DNA of 64,000 nucleotides from Paragordius varius. Its lineage: Eukaryota > Animalia > Nematomorpha. Positions 1-13,552 of the stretch are shown piece after piece. Every line of letters starts with the position of its first letter. Position 1 is the stretch's first letter. The stretch spans positions 806,001 through 870,000 of the forward strand of contig OZ176055.1 of assembly GCA_964247055.1 (NCBI GenBank), in the 5' to 3' direction. Under the pieces are notes generated by a model. It made no database searches, was not told the DNA's origin, and saw nothing but the letters and a program-made list of their open reading frames with translations. The position numbers were made by a program, and so were the translations under genes.

Positions 1-59
1 ATGTTGTATGTTTCTATATAGGAGTGCAAAAAATAATAATCCTAGGCACGAGATAATTA

Positions 60-265
60 CAGTATGCATTTTAATGATTGCTTATCACTATAGTTGGTAA
101 ATTTGCTACACAGTAGAGTGTGGCAAAACCAACAAAATCTTAAATAAATCAAAGTAATGAAGAAAGTAAATATTTTATTCGACATTTTGTTGTTTTTACC
201 ATTCCTTACTATGTTTCAAATTGACCAACTATACTGTGATATAAAAAAACCATTAAAATGCATAT
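60..265. mobile_element. R1 palindromic TA-MITE (decayed)
   Basis: CAGTATGCATTTTAATG...CATTAAAATGCATA. Confidence 0.7.
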
Positions 266-2109
266 AAGTATACTTTGCATATTAAAAAGCTTATTATATG
301 AGAGGCGGTAGTTATGTATATTAAGATTATTAGTAGCCAAAATTTCCTGATAGGGTAAATAAGGTGCAGACTGGTAATTATGCGCAACCCGATTTTTTCA
401 TCATATATTGTCAATCCTAGGCAGGCATTAAAGTCTTAAGTGATTTAAACTTTAATAGAAATAAAAAAGAGGTTTTAAACCAATGGTATTTAAATCGTGG
501 TCGTAAAACTGCTTATATGTTGCCCTGAATTATTTATCAAATTTTTTGATGTACTTATTTGGCGTATAAATATATCTGCAAGCGTGTCAAACAAACTATG
601 AAATTTTTATCGGTCATTTAGACAACAATGATTTTTTGGTAAGTACCACTGATATATAAACTGTAGTAGGAGAATCTCATCGATGAATATAATTTTATTT
701 TTACTTTTGCTAAAATAGAGAAACGAGAGTTATCATTGGATATTTCAGTCTTTTAATTAACTAAGGCATTACCACTTCATGTTTTGTTGACAAGTATGAG
801 ATTGTGTTCATTAGTAGTTACAAATTTATTTGAACAATGTATTTTTTTATTTTAAAATTGTAACGAATAAAAACGAAAAATTTTCAACATGGCAAAAAAC
901 TTGTAAATTAAATCCCCCCTTTTAGTCAATTAATAAACAGGCCATTAATAGCTCTCATTACCATAATTTTTTAGAATAAATACCATATTTTTACCATTTT
1001 CAGTCTAAACAACAATTCAGTTGTTTGCTTAAAAAAATGTTGTTTTGGTTAAAAAATCTCCTAAAATATTATTGATTATAAAAATGTTGATTTTGACTGA
1101 AAACAAGGTGTTTAACAATTCATTTCTTTATTATAATTTTGGTAATTACTTTTTAAACATATCCTATTATATAAGTTTAATTTATTTTACCAGCTAAAAT
1201 AATGGGCCAACTGAGTAATTTTATATGATGAGTGACCATTATTTTTACTTTTCATCATTGAGTTAAATCACCGCTTAGAAAAATTGTGAAATTTGGCATG
1301 AATAGGGTTAGATTATTTCATTTTGGGCTTTAAACATTTTTTCTGTGTCACTCTATTTACAATTTTTTTATATCCTAATGGTAATCGTAAAATATAATTT
1401 AATTATTAATTTAATCGGAAACCAAAATTTACATATGAAAATTTGATTGAATTTGAATATAATTTACATTTTATAGCATTAAAAACAACCATTTTGTCAA
1501 ACTTGTTCCAAACAAACAAGGAATCCAAAAATTTATAAATGAGCTAGGGTGCTCTTAGGAAAGTAGTGGAATTAATAAAGTGATTCCTATTGGGAACGGT
1601 TTTGACTTAAACACTGGTAGGGGTTTTAGGTCTAAATTAAGCTCTAGAATAAGCTATTTACCTAATCCCTAATAAAATTCTACTTGTTTGCAAACAGGCT
1701 AAAAAATATCAATTAAAGGCAATCAAAAATATGAATTGGGCCCTCATAACTTATGTGTGCATTCTTAAATTCATTCGTAACTAATCCTTTTTTAAAAAAA
1801 GAAATATTTAGTGATTATAATTTTACTATAATTTTAACATCAAAAGGATGATGTTTTAGCAGGTGAGTAGGATGCTAGTCTCTCACTATTGCGTGTGTGC
1901 GGAATTCCAAAGTTTTGATTCCAAAACTACGCTATTTTTTTATCAGAACACTGTCAATTATCACTGGGCAGGCAAGTATTAAAATTTTGCCAAGTGAGAC
2001 GATTAGTTCTTATTTTTTGCTTAGAGAGCTACATCAGTAACGCTTACCAAAAAATTTTAGGGGGATGCAAAAAATATTTCTCTTGTATCAAAGGCCCAGG
2101 TAACATCTA

Positions 2110-2298
2110 CAGTATGTATTTTAAGGGTTACTTATTTCATACAATACTAGGGCAATTTGCAAACAATAGTGTATGGAAAAAACAACAAATATTGAATAGA
2201 ATAAACAAAGTAATGTAAAGGGAAAAAATTTGTGTTCCGATTACTGTGTAAATCGACCAACTATGGTGTGAATTAAGCATCCATAAAAATGCATACTG
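2110..2298. mobile_element. R1 palindromic TA-MITE
   Basis: TA|CAGTATG...CATACTG|TA with the internal GGGCAATTTGC / GTGTATGGAAAAAA core. Confidence 0.85.
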
Positions 2299-2523
2299 TA
2301 ATAGTTTAAAAATATATCTACATAACTTATGGATTATAATTTATTTAATTACATTACAAAATTATTTGATTCAGATTTTTTAATATTTAATTACTTATCA
2401 TAATTAGCCGGACGAAATCAGCTAAATTCTGATACTAGAGAATCAAAACGATAATTTCCAAAGGGGCTATTGTATTAATTTTAAAATAGGTTTGTTGCAT
2501 TTTAGTGTTCAAGGTATTCCTAT

Positions 2524-2685
2524 ATCAGGGGTGTCCTTAAAAATTTATTTTGAGCCCAATGTTAGATGATATATCTTCTAAATAATAAATATATTGACCT
2601 TTCTTTATATATCCGATTTATTTAACATTTGATCTCACTTTGGTGTGTCGAAAAAAGTGTGTTGGACATTCTAATTCTATATAAT
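2524..2685. repeat. R6 decayed repeat, possibly a hAT-type MITE (related pieces at about 12400-12556, 16370-16418 and 49311-49335)
   Basis: Shared TTATTTTGAGCCCAAT..TTAGATGAT and GAAAAAAG.GTGTTGGACAT with 12436-12550; CAGGGGTGTCC-like ends. Confidence 0.4.
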
Positions 2686-5600
2686 CCTAAAGATTAATTG
2701 TTTTAACATTAATTTTGTTGAACATATCTACAAGGATAATTCAACATTTAATAAAGTCATACAAATCAACTAGAATTTAAACTAAACTGCGTTATAAATT
2801 TAAATCTTAGTATATTAATTATCTTTTAAATTGGACCTGCGATTCAAAAGTCGTTCAAATATTTTTAATAATTTTTCACAAAAAGCAATCATCCAATCTA
2901 CTAATTTTAAATCTCTTTAAAGGTAAAATTTTCATTAACTTAACTTTATAAAAAATTTTATAATACATTTATTTTAACGAAAAAATTTTCAAAAAATACT
3001 ACTAATTTTGTATTTTAAAATAAAGTACATTCAAAATTTTCTGGCCACCAACCATCCAATACATAAATAAACACAGCAAAATTTGAAGTTTGTAATCTAA
3101 TCTCTAATAATGCATTTTTCGTGAAAACGTAAATAATTTTTAGCTAGTTTATAAAAAAATTTTCTATCAGTTTCTACTATACTCCCCTAAAAAATGAACT
3201 TTAATTTACCAAAAACATGAAAATTAGTTAGGCGTGTTTGGGTTATATCAAAATAGATGTATGCATTTTGCAATTGATAAAAAAATTTCTTTGAAGTCGG
3301 CATACCGCCCAAATTTTGGAGGGCAAGATCAAAGGTTCCGACTCCAGACACAAAGAATTCCAAATTTCTTTATATGTGTATTATACGTTTCTTTTATCCC
3401 TTTATGAATGTTTGTTTGATGTGTGTGTGTGTGTGTGTGTTTGTGTTAAACTATTCATATTTTAATCTCTTATATGTGCACAGAGAAAGTATATTTTTAT
3501 GCATAATTTTTACATATTATGTTATGTGTAATATTAAAAAATCTCCACCCCTCTAATTTAGATACCAAGACCCAAAAAATGTTTTTTATACTTAGTAGTA
3601 TTGTGGGGTGGTACCCTGTCATAAAAGATAATTTTGAATTTTTTTCATTACAGAATTATTATTAATATCTGTGTGTCATACTATAAGTTGACCATGTCTG
3701 GTTTTATACTAAACTAAAACTAAAGAATTCGATATACATACATATTTTGACTGGGAATGTAAAACTCAGATAAAAGAATTTGGCTTTTTTATTTACCAAG
3801 ATTTAACAAGAAATTAAAATTAGTATAAATATGATGGGCGTTTAAGTTATTTATTTAAATATTTTTTCCAATTAAAGGGTTAGTTACGTATATATAGGGA
3901 ATAAATGTTGAAGATTTGATTATCGATTTATAAAAACTCCAGAAATCTCCGCAGTATATAAGCACTGAAAACTTTAATGTAAATTAATTTATCCACAAAT
4001 AATTTTACGGTTTATAACAGTAGTAGTCAAATCGCTGTCCTAAAACTGCTTTTTAGTGACCCAGAATTATTTATTAAATTTTTTAACTAACTCTAACTGA
4101 GCCTAAATAGTGTATATATGTCCTATAAAATTGCAAAGTTTATTGAGATACAAACCTTTTGGAACTTAGATATATAAAATATGATTGTATAAAATAAAAA
4201 TTAAGTAAAGTTACCCTTATATAATAATTTTATTTTGGGTCATAGAATTTTTTAAATTATTTTTTTGGCACTTATAAAGTTAAATTTGTTAAAAATAAAC
4301 ATTTTACCCATTTTCATACTTTTTTCCTATTTATCAGGCATTTATCCACTTTTTTTTAAATTTAGTCACATCTTTTTCTTCAAATTATTTTTTATCCTTA
4401 TTCTAATAAGAGTTTTATTGATTAAACATGACCTCCCAGCATTGCAACCTATTCTTAATAAAGTAACCGTCTTGATTCTTGATAAATATTTTTATTCTTT
4501 GAAAATTTGATATTTGCAGTAAAGTAAAAAATATTATTAATAGCAAGTTGAATTCAATATTATTTAATATTGCTTGGTAACATACAATAAATAATCATAC
4601 ATTTTTTTCCATGTTTTAACATTAACTTTGCCTATTTAATTATAGAGAATGCCTTTTTTATGCCATACGCTACTGTAAATAGGGTGGGATCCTACCTTTT
4701 TCTATGTGCAGAATGGTGACTATGAGCGCATTTAAAAATAACCATTTTGTTTGTTCACAAATGTTTATCACATGATATACGCTAATTATGAAATTTATCC
4801 AAGGTCAAATAATAAATAAAATACGCTAGGGTAATGGTTAAAAAGGATAAATTATTTTGCAAAATGAAATCGTTTAATTTTAAATTTAATCGAGCTTTTA
4901 TTGTTTGTTTCCAACATATATTTCCAATTAATATATATCGGGGATAGCCTTTAACGGTAAACTAATTTATGTGATTATAATTTACTTTTTCTAAATCAAT
5001 GTGTTAGATATGAGTTTCTACCTTTTTGGTCTAAAATATTTTTAAAAGTTTTTTAAGATTAAACAATATGTCTTTTAATTATTTAGTGGTGTCAATCAAA
5101 TGTATAATTCTAACCGCATTATGTACGTTCATTCACACCGGTAGTGATTTGATTTACATGTTTGTTAACCTGTATAGATTTTTATTTTATCAGTTACATA
5201 ATCGAACATTATTTTATTTCCACATTTAATGTAACTAATTAAAATGAAATCTATGACAATAGACCAAAATATGGAAATGGCATATAAAAACTTTCCCCAC
5301 ATACATATATATATAATATATATACAGTATGATCAAAAATCCATTGCTTATTTAATATTGCCAGATAGTATTTAAAGTAAAGAGCAATATATTTACCTAA
5401 AAGGAGAAAGAAAGTAAAACATGCCATTTTTTCTACTCACCAATATGTATGACTTGCAATATTTGCTTAACAATGTTTAGCATGGTTTTACTCAGCTGGA
5501 CTGCTTAAACGCTTATATATATTTAGTTTTATAAACAATTAGAATCAAAAATTTATCCATAATACCTAGCTATTTAATTGAGATGTAATTAAACTTTAAA

Positions 5601-6901
5601 ATTGATTATAGAATATATCATAAACTATAAACTTTGAAATAATTTATCATTTTTAAACGATCAATAAAGTCAAATATTATTCATACCGTTTTTATGAAAA
5701 TAAACAAGTAACATTACCGCCTTAACCAAGAGAACAAGTTTAAATGTTTGTGACAATGCTTCTTTTTCCTTTTTGTTTATATAAAAAGCTAAATTTTTTC
5801 ATTAAATAATGTCATTTTTATTTTTTAAATGGCTAAAAGGAAAGAAATATCGCAAAATGATCATATATAGTTTAATATATAAAGTACTACTGCTTTTTAA
5901 CAATGGGTTTAATATGATCAATTAATCGGGATAATATAGTTTTATTCCTGAAGATGATATAATAGTTATATCGAAAATATATTGGGAATTGTATTCGCAT
6001 TTTTTCTCCGGTGAGATTCTATTTCAAAACAACAATTTAATAAAATAAATTTTTATAGTATAAGTATAACTATACATTGGTGTTTTTCATTAATTTTTGC
6101 CAAATATCATATACAGCAAAGATTAGTATTTTGCATATAGTTATTTTTTTCACTTTTTACTATTATTAACCAAAAATATTTTTCTCTGTTGCATATATTA
6201 TTTGGTAATAATTGTTGAAAAAATAGCAGTGTATACTTAAATCATATTATGCTTGAACCAACATTACCTATATTTTAGTATTTCTACCGTATGTATACAA
6301 CTAAAGGTTTACTAAATTTGAGATGTAAGTCCCTTCGATATAATTTAATGGAATATATAGTTAAAAAATACTGATTCTATTGCAGTGTGATTAATTATAC
6401 ATTGATGTTTTTCATTCAATATTGTACTGTCAAATAGCATATACAGTAAAGAGTATTCATTACAGTACATGATGTAAAATTAAAATTTTACCTGATGTTT
6501 TTATTTTTTCTCAAAATAATAAATTCCATAAGACTTAAAAAACTTTTTTGGGATCGATTATCGGTATTGCTTTATTAGTGAATAAAGAAGCCAAAAAAAC
6601 TTTAAATAATACTCTTCGTGGCAAAAATAAATGAAAAACTAACAATGTATATTTAGTCATATTGTAATATCAGTTGAGATTTTTTTCGCTTTTTATTTCA
6701 ATTGATGGTTTTTTTCAATATTCCCTACCTCCGTTAATTTAATTTTTAATTTCCCTTTACCTATATTTAAATTTTATTAATCAAAATAATTTCATAAAAT
6801 TAAATTCTCTGGACCTACAGTGGCTTGAGTAAAATCATCTATTGTCGAGATGAATATTCTATATATAAATTAACTGGCTTCATTGCGGACTTTATAATTA
6901 A

Positions 6902-7462
6902 CACTTCGATTCAAATTGGGATATCTAAATACCCCAGACTAAATTTAAATTAAATTTTATAAAAACTACTAAAGGAAATGGTCCCAATTTAAATTTATGC
7001 TTCTATCCTGATAACTATTATATAAAGCCAAAATATCTTCATAAAATTTTGTTTTGAAAAAAAAAGCTTCATCTCAAATTACTTCGACGCCATTTTTATT
7101 TTACAAAAATTTTGCAAAATATCGTCTTCATTTAATTTTAAGGGTAAAACTAAAGCTTATTCTTTATATAAATTACATTTAACATTGATTGAAATAGAAA
7201 AAGAGGTTATTATTTTACAATTTGACACATCTCACGTGACTAAATTTTTACCTTCCAGTTTTAGCTCAAAATAAGTAATATCAAGTATTTTTGAATAAAT
7301 TTTTTATATATTTTTGTTTATCAATGTTATATAAGTGCAAAATTTTGCCATTGTTTCGATTCCTTCCATACTTTTTAAAGTATTTGATTTAAAACAGGCC
7401 TGGGGTATCCAACTACCCCAATTTGAATCGAAGGATTAAAATGAGTGTGTTGTATCCAAGTG
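6902..7462. mobile_element. R5 piggyBac-type MITE, copy 1 (561 bp)
   Basis: TTAA on both sides; imperfect TIR CACTT(C/G)GAT(T/A)CAA; subterminal inverted repeat CGATTCAAATTGGG...TACCCCAG. Confidence 0.85.
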
Positions 7463-9256
7463 TTAAACATCATTCGCTACTGTATATTTATTTTTGCCGC
7501 GCAAAATAAAAATTACTAATCTTTTAAATATGAGCAGGTTTAACATTAATTCAATATTGAAAATTTTTTCGGGTTATCTTTCAATTTAAATGTTAATAGT
7601 TGTTAAACTATAAAAACGCTTGTATTGAAAATAAATTTTTCAATCCTCCAGATTCTTGGGTTAATGTTTTAGAGTAATAATATATGATAAAAAAAACTGG
7701 CCATTTTTAACAAGGACAAAATGTTATGGCATATATTAATAATGAGGTGTTTTTGATTTTGCATTTATTAACCTCATATGGCGTTTAACCTCAATTAATC
7801 AAACTCCATCTATAAAGTTTAGTCTATATACACGAGATACCCCGTACCACATAAAATTTTTATTTTTTTCATTGTTTTTAATTTTATCTGATGGTCAAAA
7901 TTTAAATTCTCAAACGTCCAAACAAACAACTAAATTTTAAAAGCGTAAATTGAAAATATTTGACAATTTTTGATAGGACATATAACTATTATTATATGAA
8001 GCTTTTTTAGCGAAGAAAAATCACATAAGGCGGCAAGTTTGAAATGACAATTTTTTACCATTTAGAATATTTAAGGATATTTTATATTGAATAATGCTCT
8101 CAAAAGGACATACCAGTCTCAATTGTATAATACAAATATGTATTTTTAATAGAAAAGATACTACCCAAAAAGGTTATGAATGAAATTTTATTGCAAAGTT
8201 ATGTACTTTTATATCTTAAAGATGGCTTATATATGATTGATTTAAAGTATCCAAATTACAAAAGTGCTTGAAAGATTCATTTGTATTTATAAATATTTTT
8301 TCCATTTACCATTAATTTAGGTTAGATCTAGAATGCTGAAATAAAGTAGCGTATGTTAAAAACAACAAATGGTTCAAATTTAACTTTTTTTCCTATAATT
8401 TAACATTTTTATTTATTGAATTTTGGACAAACTTTTTTTTATACCATACGCTATTGTAAAAGATAAATACTTATTTATATTTCGGACTATCCCAACAGAT
8501 TTTTGCGATAAGGATTTAAATATTGAACTACAATATTTGGAATATTTTATTATGTTTTAGTTTTAGCGTTTCTATTAAATTTATTAATAAGTGTTAAGAA
8601 AGCATCAACATAATTTACGGATATATATTTAACCTATCTGTATAGGGCTCTTTCCAACAATCAGGCAATTTTTTAACTTTTTTAATCAAACTAAATTGTA
8701 TAATTTAAACAATTTTTTTTCAAATAATACCTTTCACTTTATCATCAATGATTGGAAATAACCGCTATATTTAATAAAGACGGTGATGGCATACAAAACA
8801 AATTTATATATACAAAAATTTTAATATGTTAAATACATTAAATTCATAATTTAGGTAAAAACGCTGTTAACTTGTTCCCTAATCAAAAAATTTAGATATA
8901 AACGTAATTTTATATGGGTTAAAACAATTTGAATCAATAGTGTTGAATTGATAGGGGTATTATTTGTATTTTTAACGTATAATTTACAAAACAAATTTCA
9001 AGCTACTTGTCATATCGCATGACAAATGCAATGATTTAGGAGTATATATTTGTCCTGCTTCATTTATTTCAAAATTGGTAATTTTTGAATTTGCTGTATA
9101 TATAATTCAAAAGACACACCATTTACCGCTATATCAAGAGATATATTATTGGATGAGAACGTTTTATAATTAGTTTAAAAATTTCTTAGTTTTGATAAGC
9201 AGTCTCTTTCGTTTGTTGTTTTTCTCTAAAAAGATTTGTTCAAATGTATCGATTAA

Positions 9257-9438
9257 CAGTATGCATTTCAATGGTTCTTAATACCTATAGCAGTGCGATT
9301 TGGAACACAGTAGTGTATGGAAAAAAAGAAAGGACTGACTTGTTTATTAAACATTTTGATGTTTTTTCCATACACAACTGTAGTATTGCAAATTGCCCTA
9401 CTTAGGTGTGAAATAAGCAACCATTAAAATACATATTG
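9257..9438. mobile_element. R1 palindromic TA-MITE
   Basis: Same TIR and core. Confidence 0.8.
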
Positions 9439-10621
9439 TAATTGTCAGCAAAATCATTGGAATTTTACAGTTTTGTCACTTCTTGTTATAACTCATTTTG
9501 GCTCCGATCAATTTAAACAGTCACTGCAAAACTTGTCCCAATATGATACATATGTTCCGTAATATGCTTCTATAATTCAATGTAAGTAACAAAAATAAAA
9601 ATTTCACATAGGCTAACAGATGATTATGTATGATGATGGATATCCCCCCTTAGTTTAAATACAAAATCTGGGTTTTTTGTTGCAACATATCTGTGATGTT
9701 TCTCTAATTTTTTGAATCTAAGCTAAATATCGTATCTTAGGACTTCAATAATTTCTAACCCCTTCTAATGGACCTGAATAGTTAGTTCATTTTGCATGGC
9801 TACATTCATTTTTATGTTTTAGCAAAAAAATCACCTGACATTTAAAATTTAAATATCCCCATTGACTTTTCACATATATTTTAACATTTAAAGTTTTTAT
9901 TTTGTGCGTACTTGCTATAATCTTTTTTGAATTTATATAAAAATCAACCTCTTTGTGCATAATTTTATTTTATTCAAATAATCATTTGAAAAATAAATAC
10001 TAATATATATTTTACACTGTATTAGTTACACCCTTTATTCGGTTATTAAGCATTTTCTTGTTATTACCGCGCACAAATGATTTTATATCCCGCTCTAAAA
10101 ATTATTTTCTAATGACTCATCTCGACATAATATTGTAAATAAATATCTATGATTATACAAAGCTATATTTTAACTACAAGTTATCGATATTCGTATAATA
10201 CATAGTTAAAATTAAAAATAATTGGAATTTGATATCATACAAAAGAAGGACTAACTTTCAACATTTATAATTTATAAAATTACAAACGTATTCACTACAG
10301 AATCTCTATTTAAAATGCCAAGCAAATTGTATTCATTTAAACCAAGCCATTTTAATAAGGTTAAAATGAGTTATTAGGACTGAATAAAAAACAATACACG
10401 TACGTTTAAATTTAAAAAGTTTTTTTTTTGTTCTTTTTACCAATCAACCAAAAATTTAAACTAACCACCTATATAAAAACATTTATTAAAATTACTTACT
10501 TTTGAACCGTCTGTATAATGATGCCAAGTTTTCCAAAATTTTAAAAATACAATAGGAAAAAATGTTGAACTGTAAATGACCTTTAAAACTAAAATTTTTG
10601 GAAGAATAATATGATTTGTGA

Positions 10622-10712
10622 ATCGCCCGTTAAACCCGATTTGTTAATATTTCGTGGAGAAGCATACAAAGTATAGCTTCTAAATTCTAAACAAATTCGG
10701 ATCTACAGGGTA
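10622..10712 (-). ncRNA. mir-10: microRNA mir-10 precursor (5p mature 10712-10691; 3p arm about 10644-10622)
   Basis: Minus strand reads TACCCTGTAGATCCGAATTTGT, the canonical miR-10-5p. A complementary arm ACAAATCGGGTTTAACGGGCGA follows 46 nt later. It lies 3' of a Hox5-type gene on the same strand, the conserved position of mir-10. Confidence 0.95.
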
Positions 10713-10895
10713 ATTTGCAAAACAAGGATGGAAAAATTATTTTTTGCGTTAATTAGTTAAAATGAAAATCAATTATAAAACTGTTTGCAACGTTTGCAAA
10801 ATATTTATTACTATTCATTATATATAATAAGATAATCGAATAATTTTGATGGCAAACAAAATAAAACTAATCATCCTTACTTTATCCTTCATGAA

Positions 10896-10905
10896 TGATT
10901 GACAG
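10896..10905. promoter_or_regulatory. Candidate Pbx/Meis site about 180 bp upstream of mir-10
   Basis: Exact TGATTGACAG. Confidence 0.3.
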
Positions 10906-13552
10906 TGGTAAATAAATGGCAAATCAATAATATAACTTTTTGGGTTTAAAATTCATTTTTTCGTTGTTTAGGAATTAAAAATTAAGATTGAAGAATTTAA
11001 ATCTCGGTTATAATATCTATAAAATATTTAAAAATGTAATAAAAAAATTAAATTATGAATATTAAAATCAATTCTCATCTTTGAACTTTTTACTAATATT
11101 TATTTTTATGAGATATTATAATGTTTTAAATAGACAAAAAAGTTAAGATGAAACGGAGGGAAAAAGCAATAAATATTTAATTATGGATCATAAATTATGT
11201 ATAAATTAAATAGATATCGGAACTACCATATAAAAATTATTGTTTATACATATAAAATTATTACAAATTAATCTCACCATTTCCTATTGAATGGATAAAT
11301 GAAGGATATACGTTTAAAAATCTAAGAATTCCAGGGTTATATTTTATATTCATTGTATTAAAATTGATTTCAAAATGTCGGCACCTAGGTGTTATGTAAA
11401 TATATAAAAAAATTGATTTTGTTGTTTAAACAGTGTTTTTTTTCAGAGAAAGAGAAAGGTATAAATAAGGTATCACTATAATATGCAACGTGTACAAATA
11501 ATTTTGTTTTTATACTTGGGTCGGAATTAAATAAAAAATCGGAATTTAATATTTTAAGAATAATCTTTATAAAGGGGATCAATAGTGATGTTTATAAACC
11601 ACACTGACTAAGATAGGTTCACACAAGTTAAAGCTAAGATATAAAAGTAAATTCAGTAAAATATAGGAAAAAATAAATTTTGTCGATAATTAAACAAAAT
11701 TAACATGTTAAAATATGAGCAAAAAAGTGTTGAATTTTAACCATTTGTTGTTGGTTACTAAACGCTACTGTGAAGGAGGGAGGTTGATTTCGCTCTATAT
11801 GTAAAATATATATGGAATAAAAGTTAACTATAAAATAAAATTTTACGACTTTTTCTGTATTTATATGAGATGATCGTATAAAATATATTTATTACATATT
11901 ATGTGTACATTAGATTCTAGAATCTTAGGATAGATGTGATGCTTTTTATGGTTTATATAAATGTTTTATGTATACTATATGTAGTAATAGAAAAAAAAGA
12001 TCAAAGGAAAATTACATCTATCTATACATTTGTACGATTAATACATAAAAATAAATTTATGATTTTCTGTTTAAACATGTAAAAAATTTACATTTTTACC
12101 AATTACCTAATTGTTTGCATTTTATTGAGGGAGGTAGATCTTATGCGTGTGCTGCCTTATATCAATCAATTTAAAGATTTAGGGTCAAATTTGACGTTTT
12201 TTCTTGAAAAACCATTAAAAAGTGACATATAACCAATATTTACCTGTTTACTGGAAAAATTTAAATATTTTACATAAAATGACCCTTGAAACTACCAAAT
12301 ATTCATATAAAAGACATCAAAACTAGTCTGTAATTAATTGACAATGGGTGATGATGACTTAAAAGTTAACACCAGTTAAGAAACCTTTGGCATATCCGTC
12401 ATAGATATTCGCGGTGTTTTGATAATTTTTGGCTTATTTATTTTGAGCCCAATTTTTAGATGATTGTATCTTGTAAATAATTCAGAATTTTTGATTGAAA
12501 TCTAAGTTTTTTGGAGCACTTTTGCGCAACGAAAAAAGCGTGTTGGACATCCATGCTTTAAAATTTAATCCCTACTGTTTTTTCACTTCATAAGGCTGGC
12601 TGAGACGCAGATGTAATTATGTGTACTTTTATCGTTCAAAATATTCTAAACAAAATATTCATCTTTTTAAACTATTTTTTCCATATATTGTGTTTGCGCG
12701 GTTTTAGCTCATAAAAATATTTTGTTGAGGTTTTAGAATACTAGGTCTTGGCATGTTTTTTTAATTTTCCTCGCTTTTGTAATTTACAGTATTTTTAATT
12801 TTTTTAAATTTTATATATATATTGAACCAATCTGCTTCAATTCAATGCAATCTGGATATCTGTTTAAAATCAAACTTTTAAGCTAAACTTATTATTATTC
12901 TTGCAGATAGATATTCCATCGTTAGGTATTATAATATCATGATGTTTCATTATAAACTTTTACTAGCATTTTATTTATTGTGACTGACAGCTATATTAGA
13001 AACCTTTGCAGAAAATATCCAAAAAATCGATAATCTAAAACTTATTGGATTTTCTTTTTGCTAAAACAAGTCAAGGAGGATTGACATATTAATATTTTTT
13101 CCGATTTCTAGCCTATGTATAATTTTAATACTTCCCTCCTCCCATATTTATGTGTGCGTCTGAAAATTCCTATTTATTAATAATACATATTAAAATATTT
13201 TTCTTTTCTTGTAATAAACATTTTTTTGGTTTATTTATGTAAGAATTCAAAACATGCCTTTAAACCACATTGTACTACGTTTTCTATCTCTCATTACATG
13301 ATAGTTGGTGTTATTTTGAAAACACATAACGAAAATTGAGTAAAATATAGTATATAAATTTATTCATATCATTTTATAAGTAAAATATAAAGAATACTGC
13401 AATGTTTTTGAATACAATACAAATATGAGAGAGGGAGAGTTTGAGATGATTTAGTTAATACAATGTTTTGTTTGTCCAGCGGTGGAATGACTAAAAATTA
13501 TCTGCAATCCATTCTTTGCATTATATTTTTGCCACATATGAGCTGCACTTTA

